A DNA stretch of 64,000 nucleotides from Eledone cirrhosa. Lineage: Eukaryota. Position numbers and translations under genes: made by a program. This document shows, one piece after another, positions 25,425-39,999 of this stretch (its first letter is position 1; every line of letters starts with the position of its first letter). Below the pieces are notes generated by a model. That model was not told where the DNA came from. It did no database searches and saw nothing but the letters and a program-made list of their open reading frames with translations. The DNA lies in contig OZ024740.1 of the NCBI GenBank assembly GCA_964016885.1, positions 394,692,001 to 394,756,000 of the forward strand, given 5' to 3'.

Positions 25425-25501
25425 GTATATATATATATATATATGTGTGTGCTTGAGTGTGCGTGTGTATGTGTGTATTTGGCTTTATATATATATATAT
25501 G

Positions 25502-25587
<86 letters not shown>

Positions 25588-25591
25588 ACTA

Positions 25592-25689
<98 letters not shown>

Positions 25690-25697
25690 TATATATG
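25425..25697. repeat. Interrupted (TA)n microsatellite
   Basis: Directly visible. Confidence 0.95.
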
Positions 25698-26936
25698 ATG
25701 AAACACAAATACCAACATATCTGCATTTATATTGCAAAAGAAATTTAGTTAGCCAGAATGAAATATACTAATTATAATATTACAGCCTGCCTATATCGAT
25801 TTAAAATAATAAATCAACAAAGACAGACAGTATTGCCAAATGGCCGTGATGTTTAGACACATTTAAATTTCAAAATCAAACCTGTTCCGTAGATAAGTTT
25901 AAACTTTAAAAAATCCAAATATGCTTCGAGATAAAATAAGTGTAAGGATATCTTGTCCAGCTCTCTTCAGTAAACATCCCGAACAAATTGATATGCTTCA
26001 CTTAAATAATTTTAAAAGACTGTTTAACGCACATGGTTCACAGTTTCTAGCCAGCCTCATACACATACTGCTAGAAATAACAGCCGTATATATGAGGCTA
26101 CTATCAGCTCAACCTAAGGAGCAATTTTATTAAGTGTAATTAGTTCTTTTACAATGAAAATAGATCAAGAAATAAATATTTCTGAGCCGTGTAAAACATT
26201 TAAATATAAATTGATAGATTTTCATAATAGTTGTGTATATGAAAGCATATATGATATTTAATGTATAATAAACACTTAAGAGACTCTCTCAGAAAGAAAA
26301 AATAAATTGTTATGAATATATATTATTCTCCTTATTATGCTGTGAATATGTCAAGACTATCTCAGAGCCGCTGAGAATGCTAAACAAATGTTTCAAGATT
26401 CATTAATCTCTTATCAGTGACAGTTACTTACCTATTACCGACATGAAAACAGACTAACGCTTATGTAGATTTTACGTATTTAATATTTTCTGGAGATGCT
26501 ATTTGCATAAAGCAAATAAAAACGTCCGCACTTTATGCAAATGAGCATCCCAGCAAATATTTAATAAGAAATGTGTATTTACTTAATTTATTTGATTACT
26601 GTATTCTACAATTCCTTCTGTAATCAGTCTTTATTCAACGAGCTTATGTAAGACATGTAAGTTAACTCGAATTTTTTCAGATTTTATAATACAGTTAATG
26701 AAAGTTTAAGGAAGCAGTGTTTTATAAGGGTATCTGGAAAAAAGCAAAAACAGAAAAATGAAAAACTTAGGGAAAATATAGTAGAAACACAAGGATTTTT
26801 CTATCGAGAGAAAGACAAGTAATAATTTTATTACTTGTCTCTCGATATTTTAAGATTCATTTGACTAGTTGGTTAAAAGGGACGAAATTTGAAAGGTTTT
26901 GTATGATCATGTTTATTGTATCATTATTTTCGATAC

Positions 26937-27036
26937 GAATCCCGCCGAGGTTAACTTTGCCTTTCATCCTTACGGGGTCGAAAGAATAATGCACTGGAAT
27001 AATTGCTGGCCTTGTGCCAAAAGTATAAACAATTAT
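26937..27036 (+). mobile_element. SINE family 1, 5'-truncated
   Basis: AATCCCGCCGAGGTTAACTTTGCCTTTCATCC...GCTGGCCTTGTGCCAAAAGTATAAACAATTATT. Confidence 0.82.
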
Positions 27037-28371
27037 TTTCGATGTGATGAAAGAAAAACAGATTAATAGACGGGAAGCAAAATGAGAGGCACTAAGTTGT
27101 CCAGTGAAGCGATATAGGAGCAATAAATCTTCTCATATGTGTAACTAAAATGACCAGCTAAAATAGTGAATAGAGATAGCTTACATCTTAAATAAACCAG
27201 TCAGTAATAGAACTCAGTATTTCTTCTAATCTAATATAATGATCAAAAATAGACACAAAAATCTGACAAAAATGATTATGACTGCATATACATAAATCCA
27301 CACCTGCTATATATTCTGCTCTACAAAATATCGTTTTCTTTTCTTACACATCCCTTTGGTCAGCTTGTTATAGTTTGATGTATATATAGGTAATGTTGAT
27401 TTAATAATTATAAATTTCCCTTTTATAAGCTCTACACAATTATTTATTTTAATCTATACTATAAGAACCGTGTATGTCAGTTCGTCCGTCCATCACGCTC
27501 TTTATACATAGATAGGGAAATGATACTCCACCTTTCACTCCCTCTAACTAAAATGTAACGTGCGAATAAACGAAGACGATGGAGATTTTTGTTGTTATAT
27601 ATATATGTGTGTGTCCTTGTGTCTTAAGGAAAACCGGGCTACAACAAGCTAATATTATTCTTGTTATCAAAGAAGTTGGGAAGATGTTTATTATAATTTA
27701 CAGGCCATCGTCTCGGTGCAAATATAAGCTACAAGTGTACGTTCGTTATCTGAGGATGTCAGTTTACTCAACCTTGACACTTTTAGAAAACAAACACATC
27801 TCCATAGATCAAACTTGTACAGAGGCGATTGAAGAGCAATCTCAAGCCATATGATAAGCCACGTACTGTATAAGTTCAGAAAATATCATTCAAGCGTTTG
27901 ACGTAAACATCACTGTCACCAGCATCTTGACCAAATTCGAGTTTTTAGGCATCATTCTGGACCTCAAAAGTAGTAAGCATTGAAACATAACTAAGAAATG
28001 ATCTATATTCAGAGGAATCCCAACCACTCCACCAGTTATAGTTAGAAACTTTATAAACGGGATCATCAGAAGACTATCTAGATTATGGTCTGACAAACAG
28101 ATCTTCGACAAGAGCTGCATCCTATTACAAGGAGGTATTAGTGAGACGTGGCTTCACAGAAAGAATAGTGTGCCTGGAGAACATCCCCACCCACCCCAGG
28201 AAGAGGAAGAAGGAAAAACATAACATCGTTCAATTCTCCAGTCAAATTAGATTTATCAACGAATATAGCTAAGAACTTCCAGTTCCTAATTGGGACACCC
28301 AATATAGATATGAGTATTACAAGATCTTTAGCTCACACACACTATTGAAGATAGCTTCTTCTACTTAGATA

Positions 28372-28539
28372 GCTTCGCTTCAATCATCGACATCATGCTT
28401 TGTAGCATAGTTATGGCCCTTTACGGTCTGAGTTCAAATCCGCCGAGGTTAACTTTGCCTTTCATCCTTACGAGGTCGATAAAATATAGTACCAGTGATA
28501 CACTGGGGTTATCGCTGGCCTTGTGCCAAAAGTAGAAAC
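28372..28539 (+). mobile_element. SINE family 1 copy
   Basis: B box, central domain and 3' end match the consensus. Confidence 0.85.
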
Positions 28540-28819
28540 TGTATTTTATAACTGAAAAAGGAATCTCTCGACGGGAAAATTGATTCAACACTTGGCTGTC
28601 CATGGAAAAGTACCCCTTCAGCTACCTTCAAAACACTAGTCTCAAACATCTCTAGAGCTACCAGTTTTGTTGCCCTTCTTACACGCTGATGCCATTGAAG
28701 TCATTTGGTTGTTTTAACAGCTGTTCCTTGCGTTCGAGTTTCTAACTTAATTCTATAAATTTCAAATACACTCACGCTTTGTCTCGATAATTTTCGAAAC
28801 ACCCAATGTTTATTTACAT

Positions 28820-29460
<641 letters not shown>

Positions 29461-29858
29461 ATTATGTATGTACGTGTTTATGTGAATATAGATATACGCA
29501 CTCACATACTCACGTATTAACGCCCATGTAGACACATACATGTGAATATTGAAAGCGAATATTTAAAATCTGATTAAATTATCGACAGAGGATTTTTTTT
29601 TTATTTCATCGTTAGCTGCATGAGTTCTGAATACAACATAAATTTTGACTAAATAGGCAGTTTTATAGACTATGAAAACAGCTTTAAATCATTATATAAG
29701 CTGATATCTTACTAGTTTTCTTCCAGGAAAATCATAAATATTGGCAGTTGGAGTATTTAGCGAAATGTATATAAGAATATGGAAATTTAGACACACTTAA
29801 ATATGACCGTAAATATGAGCGTACACACATGTAGATATAAATATGTGTGTATATACAG

Positions 29859-29889
<31 letters not shown>

Positions 29890-29930
29890 TTAGAGCCATA
29901 TATATATATATATATATATAATTTTTTAGA

Positions 29931-30010
<80 letters not shown>

Positions 30011-30055
30011 TAGAAAGTGAGGTTTTTTTTACAAAATGAAAAATAACCGAGGTAT

Positions 30056-30108
<53 letters not shown>

Positions 30109-31248
30109 TATTTATATGCATATATACGTTTACACATATATATGTATGTGTGTGTGTAAGTGTGTGAGTACACAAACGTACATATTGTGTGAGAGTGCAA
30201 AAGAGAGAGCGAGAGAGGGGAGGAGAGATATTGAGCTAGAGAATTCTGTCTGTTTATATATTTGTTCATGTGTAACCTTTGATACCTAGTTCACATATGG
30301 CAAGTGAAGTGTGGCCTAATAGCTGATTCTTTTGTATTGTAACAAACCCGTTTGATGAAAATAAATAATAATTATAATTTACTTAAAATAATTAATTATA
30401 TATAATATAGTCATATCATGTAATGTTATACAAATATGGAATATAATATATTTGGCGGCGGTGAATTAGCAGATTCATTAGATTGCCAGGCAGAACGCAT
30501 TGTGGCATTCGTTCCGCCACTCACCTCTCTGACTTCCAAATCTTGACCAGGTCAAATATGCCTATCGAGGTTGATTCTTCCTTTATATCTCTTTCTCTCT
30601 TCCTTCCTACTACTCTTTGTCCTTCTCTGAAAGAAATCGTCACTGTTCAGACCCGGAGAGGGATGGTTTCTGCCAGGTTTAAATTGCTCAAGAAACACCG
30701 TATGTCACTACAGCACCTCAACGTCTCCACCAGGTTTAACAGGTCCATACATACTACATAAATTATACTATTGTTTATTTCTGATTTTGGCTTTATTATT
30801 CATTAAAACAAATGTGTATCAAACACAACAGATGAGAATTGAGCAATGTATACATACAGTGACAAAAAGAAGTCCCAATTATTGAGTGCAACACTTGGTC
30901 TTCCTTTAGTTGTGTGATATAACCCAAGATAAATAAACACTTCTGGTAAAATCATGTTATAGTAATCTCGCGTAACCAGAACTCTATTTCTTAGATTTTG
31001 CTACTAACTTTAAAAATGCTTAGAAAATACGATAATTTTTTTTTTACAAATGATCAAAATTTATTTATCTTATGTACTAGTAAGATAAGATCATTCCTTT
31101 TGCTGGCGTTTCCTAATCAGAAAACTCTAATGAATGGGTGAAATGTTGAACTGAATTTGTGACATTCCTTCCTATTCTAAAGATCTTCACGAAGTTAAAT
31201 AAAATGATCCTACTTCGCACGAGCAACAATTAACAATATATAATACAA

Positions 31249-31442
31249 ATAATTGTTTCTACTGTTGGCAGAAGGCCAGCAATTATCCCAGTGTATTACT
31301 GGTACGTTATCTTATCGACCCCGTAAGGATAAAAGGCAAAGTTAACCACGGCGGGATTTGAAATCAGATCACAAAGGGCCGTTACTATATGCTGAAAAGC
31401 ATGGCGTTAGATCCTCTACCGATACAGCTAATCCACTACCCT
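31249..31442 (-). mobile_element. SINE family 1 copy, full length
   Basis: Reverse-complement consensus match; flanked by similar ATATATAAT(A/G)CAAATAA sequences (probable TSD). Confidence 0.85.
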
Positions 31443-32655
31443 ATATATATAATGCAAATAATAATCCTTTATTTTGATTTCTACACCCGACCTCTGTCTC
31501 TCTCTTTCTACCATACTTCTATTCTCATCTTTAAAGGTCGGACAAGAAATCAGTGAAGCCCCAAATCAACATTTTCATCGTTGTGCCACTACTTGTGCCA
31601 CTACTTACAATGCATGTAAGACCACTTTAATGTGTAATACGATAGGTGTAATTTGAGGGAGCATTAGCTGCTATTTTTAGCAGGTCGAATGGTCGTGTAG
31701 AAGATCCTAAACCCAATGTATTTTAAACTCTATATTAATACCATATAATACAGCTGTAAAATATTGCCTATCCACTTTATAAGGATTATATTAAATCAAT
31801 CTAATCTTTATTATGTCCCTGTCAAAAGCATCAATTGCATAAAATCATATTTCATTTCTAAGTTGGTTTTTCATTCTTAATTTCCAATTAGGAAATTTTA
31901 TAACTTAAAACATATTCCATTTAACCAAATATTTTGTATGGTCACAAACTATTTAACAGGATTATACTTTCATTAAATCAGAGAGACGTGTCTTCCTCAA
32001 GGTCACATCTCCATCACCGTGATCGAGATAACATCATAATGAAATCATGAAAATTAATAAATAACAAAATAAATTAAAACTAATCAGGTTATGAGAATTT
32101 ATTGCGTAAATCAATAGTGTGACAACCGAAAGGTCAATGCCCCAATATTCTTAGTTCCTTATTGACACAATACTCTGTCTTTAGTAAAGATATTTACTAC
32201 TGAAAGCTACGTCACCGAAGGGTCCCTATGCGGTCAGTCAACTTGCTGGAAATAATAGCAAAATATCCCTCAAATCAGAACATATTTCTTGAAAGAATAA
32301 ACAAAGGAAAGACATTTTAAACAGTTTAGCTACTGATATAAAAAATACAGGACGATCATGGCCACACTTTTGCTCAATCAGTGCTGAATTGGAGATAAGC
32401 AATAATTCGGCTCTTGTCAACTAGTGTGTCCTTTGTAGTGTTAGGGTTGCAGCAATGGGGACATGCTTCTCCGCTGTGATGAACTAATTTCTAGATATAT
32501 TCAATGTATATAAATATATATACATATATGGTCATTATGATAGATTACTAAATGAGGAGAATGCATGGGAAGAAGAGACCCTACCCCAAGTAGACCCTAT
32601 AGAGGGACCAGCAGTACAAGTCAGCAGCAGCGTAGTAAGTAAGGCAATCAAAGAT

Positions 32656-34284
32656 ATGAAGATGGGGAAGGCAACCGGTCCATCGGGTATAGCTGCCGAG
32701 ATGCTGAAGGCATCTGGGTTTGTAGGTCACACTATAACCACACGTATCGTTAACCAGGTAATACTAGAAGGGGCCATACCAAAAGATCGGTGCAGTAGCA
32801 TCATTGTCAACTGCTACAAAGGTAAAGGTGATGCACTAGATAGAGGAAACTATAGAGGGATAAAGTTGATGGACCAGGTCATGAAAGTAACAGAAAGAGT
32901 TATAGCACAGCTGATTAGGGACCGGGTGAATATAGACGAGATGCAATTTGGGTTTGTACCAGGAAGAAGCACCACTAATGCCCTCTTCCTTGTGAGGCAA
33001 TTACAGGAAAAGTACCTAGCTAAAAGTAAGCCACTCTACTTGGCATTTGTCGACCTTGAGAAAGCCTTTGACAGAGTTCCACGTGCTGTAATCTGGTGGG
33101 CTCTTAGAAAACTAGGAGTAGATGAATGGCTTGTGAAAGCGGTACAAGCCATGTATAGGGGAGCAGTCAGCAAAGTTAGGATTAGCAATGAGTATAGCGA
33201 GGAATTTAGCGTACAGGTTGGGGTCCACCAGGGCTCTGTTCTTAGCCCTCTCCTGTTCATCATAGTCCTGCAGGCAATAACGGAGGAGTTTAAGACCGGA
33301 TGCCCATGGGAACTCCTGTATGCTGATGACCTCGCACTCATAGCTGAATCTATGGTAGAACTAGAGAATAAATTCCAAACCTGGAAGCAGGGACTAGAGA
33401 GAAAGGGTCTCAAAGTCAACATGACCAAGACTAAGGTCCTTGTAAGTAGACGAGAAAACAGAACCCAGATCCCCTCGGGAAAATGGCCTTGCTCAGTATG
33501 TAGGAAAGGTGTAGGTAGGAACTCCATTCTCTGCCCCAAATGCAAACAATGGGTACACAAAAGATGTAGCGGGATCTCAGGAAGCTTAATTAAGAATGTA
33601 GGATTCACATGCAGCAGCTGTGCTGAAACAGCAAGCAGCAAACAGCCACAGGAAACAAGTACCACCAATCTCTGGGAGGGCCCTGTAGAAACAGTAGACA
33701 GCTTCTGCTACCTAGGTGACCGAATTAGCAACGGAGGTGGGTGTTCAGAAAGTACAATAACTAGGGTAAGAACGGGATGGAAGAAGTTTAGGGAACTACT
33801 ACCACTGCTAGCTGCAAAAGGCTTCTCCCTCAGAATGAAAGGCAGACTGTATGATGCGTGTATCCGAACAGTGATGTTGCATGGTAGTGAGACCTGGGCG
33901 CTGAAGGTGGAAGACTTACGTAGATTAGAGAGAAACGAAGCCTGCATGCTCCGATGGATGTGTAACAGTAATATACGTGAACGACAAAGCATAAATGAAT
34001 TGAGAGAGAGACTGAGCATAAGAGGAATCAAATGCTGTGTGCAGGAGAGGCGGTTGCGCTGGTATGGACATGTGATGCATATGAAGGATGACAGCTGCAT
34101 AAAAAGGTGCAGAGCACTAGAAGTTGATGGAAACCGCGGAGTGGGGAGACCCAAGATGACCTGGGATGAGGTGATAAAAGCCGACCTTACCCAATTACAC
34201 CTCTCAAAGACAATGACACACGACCGTGACTTCTGGCGTCACGCAGTAATACAGAGTACCCGACCTCCCATGGGTACATGCTGA
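32656..34284 (+). CDS. RTE LINE reverse transcriptase (C-terminal part of ORF) with internal PHD-type finger
   Basis: KATGPSGI, KGKGD...NYRGIKL, QFGFVPGRST, FVDLEKAFDRV, GVHQGSVLSPLLF, LLYADD, FCYLG, RRLRWYGHV, GRPKMTW; no stops over 542 aa; endonuclease domain missing. Confidence 0.92.
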   Translation: MKMGKATGPSGIAAEMLKASGFVGHTITTRIVNQVILEGAIPKDRCSSIIVNCYKGKGDALDRGNYRGIKLMDQVMKVTERVIAQLIRDRVNIDEMQFGFVPGRSTTNALFLVRQLQEKYLAKSKPLYLAFVDLEKAFDRVPRAVIWWALRKLGVDEWLVKAVQAMYRGAVSKVRISNEYSEEFSVQVGVHQGSVLSPLLFIIVLQAITEEFKTGCPWELLYADDLALIAESMVELENKFQTWKQGLERKGLKVNMTKTKVLVSRRENRTQIPSGKWPCSVCRKGVGRNSILCPKCKQWVHKRCSGISGSLIKNVGFTCSSCAETASSKQPQETSTTNLWEGPVETVDSFCYLGDRISNGGGCSESTITRVRTGWKKFRELLPLLAAKGFSLRMKGRLYDACIRTVMLHGSETWALKVEDLRRLERNEACMLRWMCNSNIRERQSINELRERLSIRGIKCCVQERRLRWYGHVMHMKDDSCIKRCRALEVDGNRGVGRPKMTWDEVIKADLTQLHLSKTMTHDRDFWRHAVIQSTRPPMGTC

Positions 34285-34317
34285 AGCATATAAACAATAT
34301 GCCCCCACACCCCCCAC

Positions 34318-34551
34318 CGCAAGGTGGTCGTGGAGGTGCCACGGCAAAAAAACACCCAGCCCACGCTGTAAAGTGGACGTGTAGGCGCCACGAAAAAGCA
34401 CCCAGCACTCACTGTAAATGAGGTTGGTGTTAGGAAGGGCATACAGCTGTAGAAATCAAGCCAAATTCAGTCCCCGTCCCACCCTTGAAAGCAGGGAAGA
34501 GCGGACGTAAAATGGAATGAAAATGAATGAATGATAGAGAGTAAATTCTTA
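34318..34551 (+). mobile_element. SINE family 2 segment embedded in the RTE 3' end
   Basis: Highly similar to 10708-10945. Confidence 0.8.
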
Positions 34552-34622
34552 GGACAACCCGTCTAACCCATGCTAGCGTGGAAGAACGGACGTAAAACGG
34601 TGATGATGATGATGATGATATA

Positions 34623-34678
<56 letters not shown>

Positions 34679-34681
<3 letters not shown>

Positions 34682-34868
34682 ATAATAATAAATTTGAAGA
34701 CTAAAATCCAAAGCGGGCTCGATAAGGATAAATATATATCAAATATATAAGAAACGTAGAGCAAATATTTATTAAAATAACAGATTAAAGTTTAAGCAAA
34801 GAATCGCTGCAGATCCCGTTAAGGGTGAAAGCAGCGATTCTTTGCTTAAACTTTAATCTGTTATTTTA

Positions 34869-34876
<8 letters not shown>
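34679..34876. mobile_element. Fold-back element family Q copy 2
   Basis: ~46-bp arms (ATATTTATTAAAATAACAGATTAAAGTTTAAGCAAAGAATCGCTGC and complement) around spacer AGATCCCGTTAAGGGTGAAA; (TA)n on both sides. Confidence 0.8.
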
Positions 34877-34935
<59 letters not shown>

Positions 34936-35430
34936 CTAGCCGAATTACCCGCGCCTTGCTGCGTTTCACACATTTTTTTGTAAGAAAATGATGATTGATT
35001 TTAAATCAGTGATATAATTTATGGAGAAAAAATCTGCATTTCAATATTACTCAATATCAAATGTAATGCATGAAAAATTGGAAAACATTATTTTTTGTAA
35101 TATATCAAATCAAAATTACATTATTAAATCTTATTCTTATTTTGTTTCTTGTAAATAATATTTTTCAAAATATCAATTCAAAACTTTTGTGAATAGGCAT
35201 CATATCTTGTCATTTACCTATGGTTTAAATTTCATATAAATCGAAGGGAAAAAATCTTCAGCGGGGGTTTTGCCCCCGGCGAACCTTTTGATTAAAATGA
35301 AATATACTTATCCAAGTACCCTGGGCAATGTAGTTTCAAAATATATATGGTTATGGGGGTCTATCTCCAAAACCATAGGAGTTCGTGAACAAACAAACAA
35401 ACAGGAACTACAGCTTTATATATATATATA
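34936..35430 (-). mobile_element. Non-autonomous Helitron
   Basis: Minus strand starts TATATATAAAGCTGTAGTTCCTGTTTGTTTG and ends CGCAGCAAGGCGCGGGTAATTCGGCTAG|T (hairpin + CTAG). Confidence 0.7.
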
Positions 35431-35438
35431 TCATTTTT

Positions 35439-35743
<305 letters not shown>

Positions 35744-36479
35744 CCTTTTATAATGTAAAATAAACTTAAAATTATACATTTACAAACGGTAGAAGTGAAC
35801 AGGATTGCTCATGAAAGTCGAACCATGTATGTCGTGTTCCAGACGACCTCTTTACAAATTACATTAACGTGGGATTGAACGACATATCCTCTCAAATTAG
35901 TACTTATAGTACTTATAAATATCATACTGAATAAATTAACACGCTTTACCCACCTCCTCTCACGCACCAGTATCACAAGTATTATTGTAATTATCATAGA
36001 GATATGTCATGCCTGACATATTCCAGTGTCATACTAAAATTATTTTACGTCAATGATTGAAAAAATCTGAGAATATGAATAGCATACAACTATAATGTAT
36101 GTTTTGAGATTGTATGTAATATGTACTTATAATTTTACATTATAATTTTACGTGGCCTAAGATAGAAAAAGTGAACAGGACTACTCATACAACTCTACAT
36201 TACGGTGGTTCTCCTAACAGTTTCAATTTGATCTCACAAGACATTTGCTAATCTCGAGCTTTAGTAGTATATAATTAGCTAATATGAAGCACAGTGAGGC
36301 CGAAGAGAGTGATGGCAATTGAAATATGTTAACGCTTATGACTATATCGGAAAATACAGAAGGCTCCCGACTGGAACATCTTTGACCATAAGTCTGCTTA
36401 ATTAACGTTTGACCTGGAGTTAAAAAAACCCAGCAAACTCTAACAATATCAACAGAGATCACATATAATGTGTGTTGTT

Positions 36480-38000
36480 GCATAGTCTCAGGTCAGCCTT
36501 GATTAAGCAGAGGTATAACACGTTCGAGCCATGGTCATTTCATCATTTTGTAACGGTGTTATTGTCCAATATGTCCTTTCTTCTTTTCTCGTAAAATGGA
36601 GGGATGTGATATGAGGGATATTGAGCTGTCATATATAGCCAGACCAGCCAACTTCTGAAAACCCAAACAAGAATATCATGAATAAAGTGCCCCAAAACGA
36701 GGAGAAATGAGGCAAAATGGGGAGATTTTACATAATTGTTTCTACGTTAAATAATTGTTTCTACTTTTGGCACAAGGCCAGCAATTATCCCAGAGCATTA
36801 CTGGTACTTTATTTTATCGACCCCCTAAAGATGAAAGGCAAAGTTAACCTCGGTGGGATTTGAGTCCAGAACATAAAGGGTCATAACTCTATGCTGTAAA
36901 TCATGGTGTCTGACGCTCTACTGATACTGCCAATTACATAATGAAAGCTATACCTATTTCCACAAGAGAAGACATCTCTCACCCACGCCAAAGGCTATTA
37001 CTAATCTCCCTGTCGGACGGGGAAAGCTGACAGGTCTGTATAGCAGATCATGTGATCTCGTACGCTCTCATTCTTTGTTTCATGTGTTTCATGTTTGCTG
37101 TGTGTTGTTACCTCAGTTGTTTAGCACCAAGTCAACTTTGATTGAAGACTTATGATCGAAGGCATTTCAACTGTAACTATTCTGCATTTTTTTCTGTGTG
37201 CAACGAACATATATTCTTTTCTAAGATATTAAGATGGAATTTAAAAGATATTTGGCTACCATTCTTAGCACATGGAACTACCACATAGAGGTTTATGTAT
37301 TAGTACATGCATGTTATGTGTGGTGTTTGTGTTTCGTTGTTGAGTCCCAGGTCGACTTTGATAGAACATGTAGATATATATATATAGAGAGAGAGAGATA
37401 GAGCAAGGACTAAACCAAATATGACTTTACGTCTATTTTATTCTGGAATAGTCTAATTTGAATAATATCCAATGTATTCCTTTCACAATACGGTAAGCTG
37501 TAATTGGGGTGATCTAGCATTTGGGGTGATCGCATAGAGGCTCCTTCCATTGTATATCATGTATATCATGAGTTATTGTTTCGGCATAACTCAACACTAA
37601 TAGAAGAGACATATAATTAAAGATATTCCAGTCATAACCATCTCGTATTTTACTTGTGTGCAGATATCGTTTTCTATGACGGTAGGGCATGATGTAAGGA
37701 ATTTGTCTATCATTTCTAGCAAATTCAGCAACTACGCAGAAGTTCCTATGCTGGCTAATTGTATGTCGTGTATATTATGTATTTTTATTTAGCCCCAGGC
37801 TAACCCTGTTCAAGCAGAACGATATCCTAATGTATTCCAACCGTGACAATCCCGTCTTTGTTCCTATGAGTTATGAGTATATTACTTAACGTATCCTTTT
37901 CTAAGATAGTGGGGCATAATTGAAAAGGATCTGGCTGTTATTTCTAGCATATGAAGGGGCCATATAGAGGAAGCTTCATTAGCTCATGTATTTCGTGTAT
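36480..38000 (+). repeat. Head-to-tail degenerate copies of an old ~200-230-bp dispersed repeat
   Basis: Recurring CCCAGGTCA.CC.TGAT..AGCAGA...ATTCCA.C..TGACCAT...TTTCTAAGA..GTAGGG..TGATTTGA...TTTGGCT..TATTTCTAGCA at about 36480, 37115, 37340, 37570, 37785; relatives near 31650, 32250, 43750, 52335, 52570, 53140, 55310. Confidence 0.65.
36751..36934 (-). mobile_element. SINE family 1 copy inserted into an older repeat
   Basis: Consensus match; TSD TTACATAAT; empty-site paralog near 59720. Confidence 0.87.
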
Positions 38001-38365
38001 GCTATGTGTAGTAATTACAAGCGACTGAAGAAACTGGATAGCTCAATAAACTAACTGAATTGTCACGGATAACGATTGAGATATTATTGAAGATAGACAG
38101 ACAAGGTTTACTTGTTATCTCATCTTACCACAGATATTGCCTCTAAAGCAGTAGATGTTAGTGTCATTGTTGTCTTCTTTTGTGTTGTTGTTGGGATTTT
38201 TTTTCTGTCTAATAAATTATCTGTACAGAAGAAAGCAGCAAATATCAAATATCATTTGGAACTAAACTGGCACTTGAATAATATACGTTGATGACGATGA
38301 TGATGATAAATAAGACAAAGAGGGTGATGATGATGTTACAGCTGCTGCTAATACTATTGCTGCTA

Positions 38366-38398
<33 letters not shown>

Positions 38399-38670
38399 CA
38401 GGAGGAGGAGGAGGAGGAGGAGGAGGAGGAGGTGGAGGACTGAGATGGAGTTGTAAGATAATAGAATTGAGAATCTAAAATGAAAAGAATTAGGTGAGGA
38501 TGGAGATTAGTCTTGAAAATAATCTTAAGACAAGTGCAATGGACAGTGTAAAGTATCAAATGATAGCCGAACTAATTTGTCCAAAGTCTTTTAATATTGT
38601 GCTGTAAATACACACACACGAACACATACTCTCACATAACTATGTATACAGTTACGCAAAACCATACACA

Positions 38671-39068
<398 letters not shown>

Positions 39069-39074
39069 AAAACT

Positions 39075-39330
39075 CCCTTTACTCACGAATGACCATGGGA
39101 TCTGCACCTAGAAAGTTCGCCTCCAACGTACAAATTTGGCCGGGCAAATTTGTTTTGTGGAAGACCAACAGTCGCCCATGCATACCGGTCTCCCCTCTCC
39201 ACGCTTCCAATGTTGTTCAAGGGAAAGGTAAAAGCCGATACAGATTGGTAGTAGTAATGTTGCAACAAATTTCTGTAGCTGAGTGAACTGGAGCAACGTG
39301 AAATAAAGTATCTTGCTCAAGGACACAAAG
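39075..39330 (-). mobile_element. SINE fragment related to the family 2 head
   Basis: Reverse complement TTGTGTCCTTGAGCAAGATACTTTATTTCACGTTGCTCCAGTTCACTCAGCTAC matches 10610-10670. Confidence 0.65.
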
Positions 39331-39999
39331 AAACATCCATTCCAAAAATATATATGTTTTTAGAAAGTGTTGGAATATCAAAGGCAGCAAAAAACTGTAA
39401 TAACAATCGACTGCTGTAAATAATAGCTCAGAAAATCTGGTAAAATACTATTATAAACGGACGAAAGTGGTCAGAAGCTGCTACGGAGAATTGAAATATG
39501 AGTCTTTTGAATTCCGGCCGAGTCCTCTAATAATTGAGTTGAGGGACCTCTGGTTACATGTTCCATCTAAAGTAAGATAGCGATATCGAATAGCTTTGAT
39601 TTAACAACGTTTTATACTATCAAAACTCTGGTTAATTTGAAACTCTTTAGAAAATGCAGGATACCAAATGCAGGAAGTAACTGTACCAACAGACGATTAC
39701 TATATATAATAGCTTTAAAAACCGGGTAAAATACCCCTATAGACAGAACAAGTGGCCAACAGCCGCTCCGGTATATTAAACTCCGTTTCTCTCGAATTCC
39801 GGCCAAGTACTATAGCCATTGAACTAAGTTACCTCTGATCGCAGATTCCGTCTGAAATACGATGGGTAATGTTATCACAACATTAAAAAGGAGCATCCTG
39901 GTTCAGAGGACGGAATACCTACGATTAATTGAGGGACCCCACATATTTACAACCACTGAGGGTGAGGGCCTCTCCTAACTTTCATTGGGAGTAGAATCA

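Larger units (their letters stand above)
32535..34619 (+). mobile_element. RTE-clade LINE, 5'-truncated, with (TGA)n tail
   Basis: Open RT frame from about 32535 (YDRLLNEENAW...) and RTE-type 3' end CCGTCTAACCCATGCTAGCGTGGAAGAACGGACGTAAAACGG(TGA)n. Confidence 0.92.

Noticed and set aside
33036-34442. Minus-strand ORFs of 210 and 148 aa
   Set aside because: Antisense shadows of the RTE ORF.
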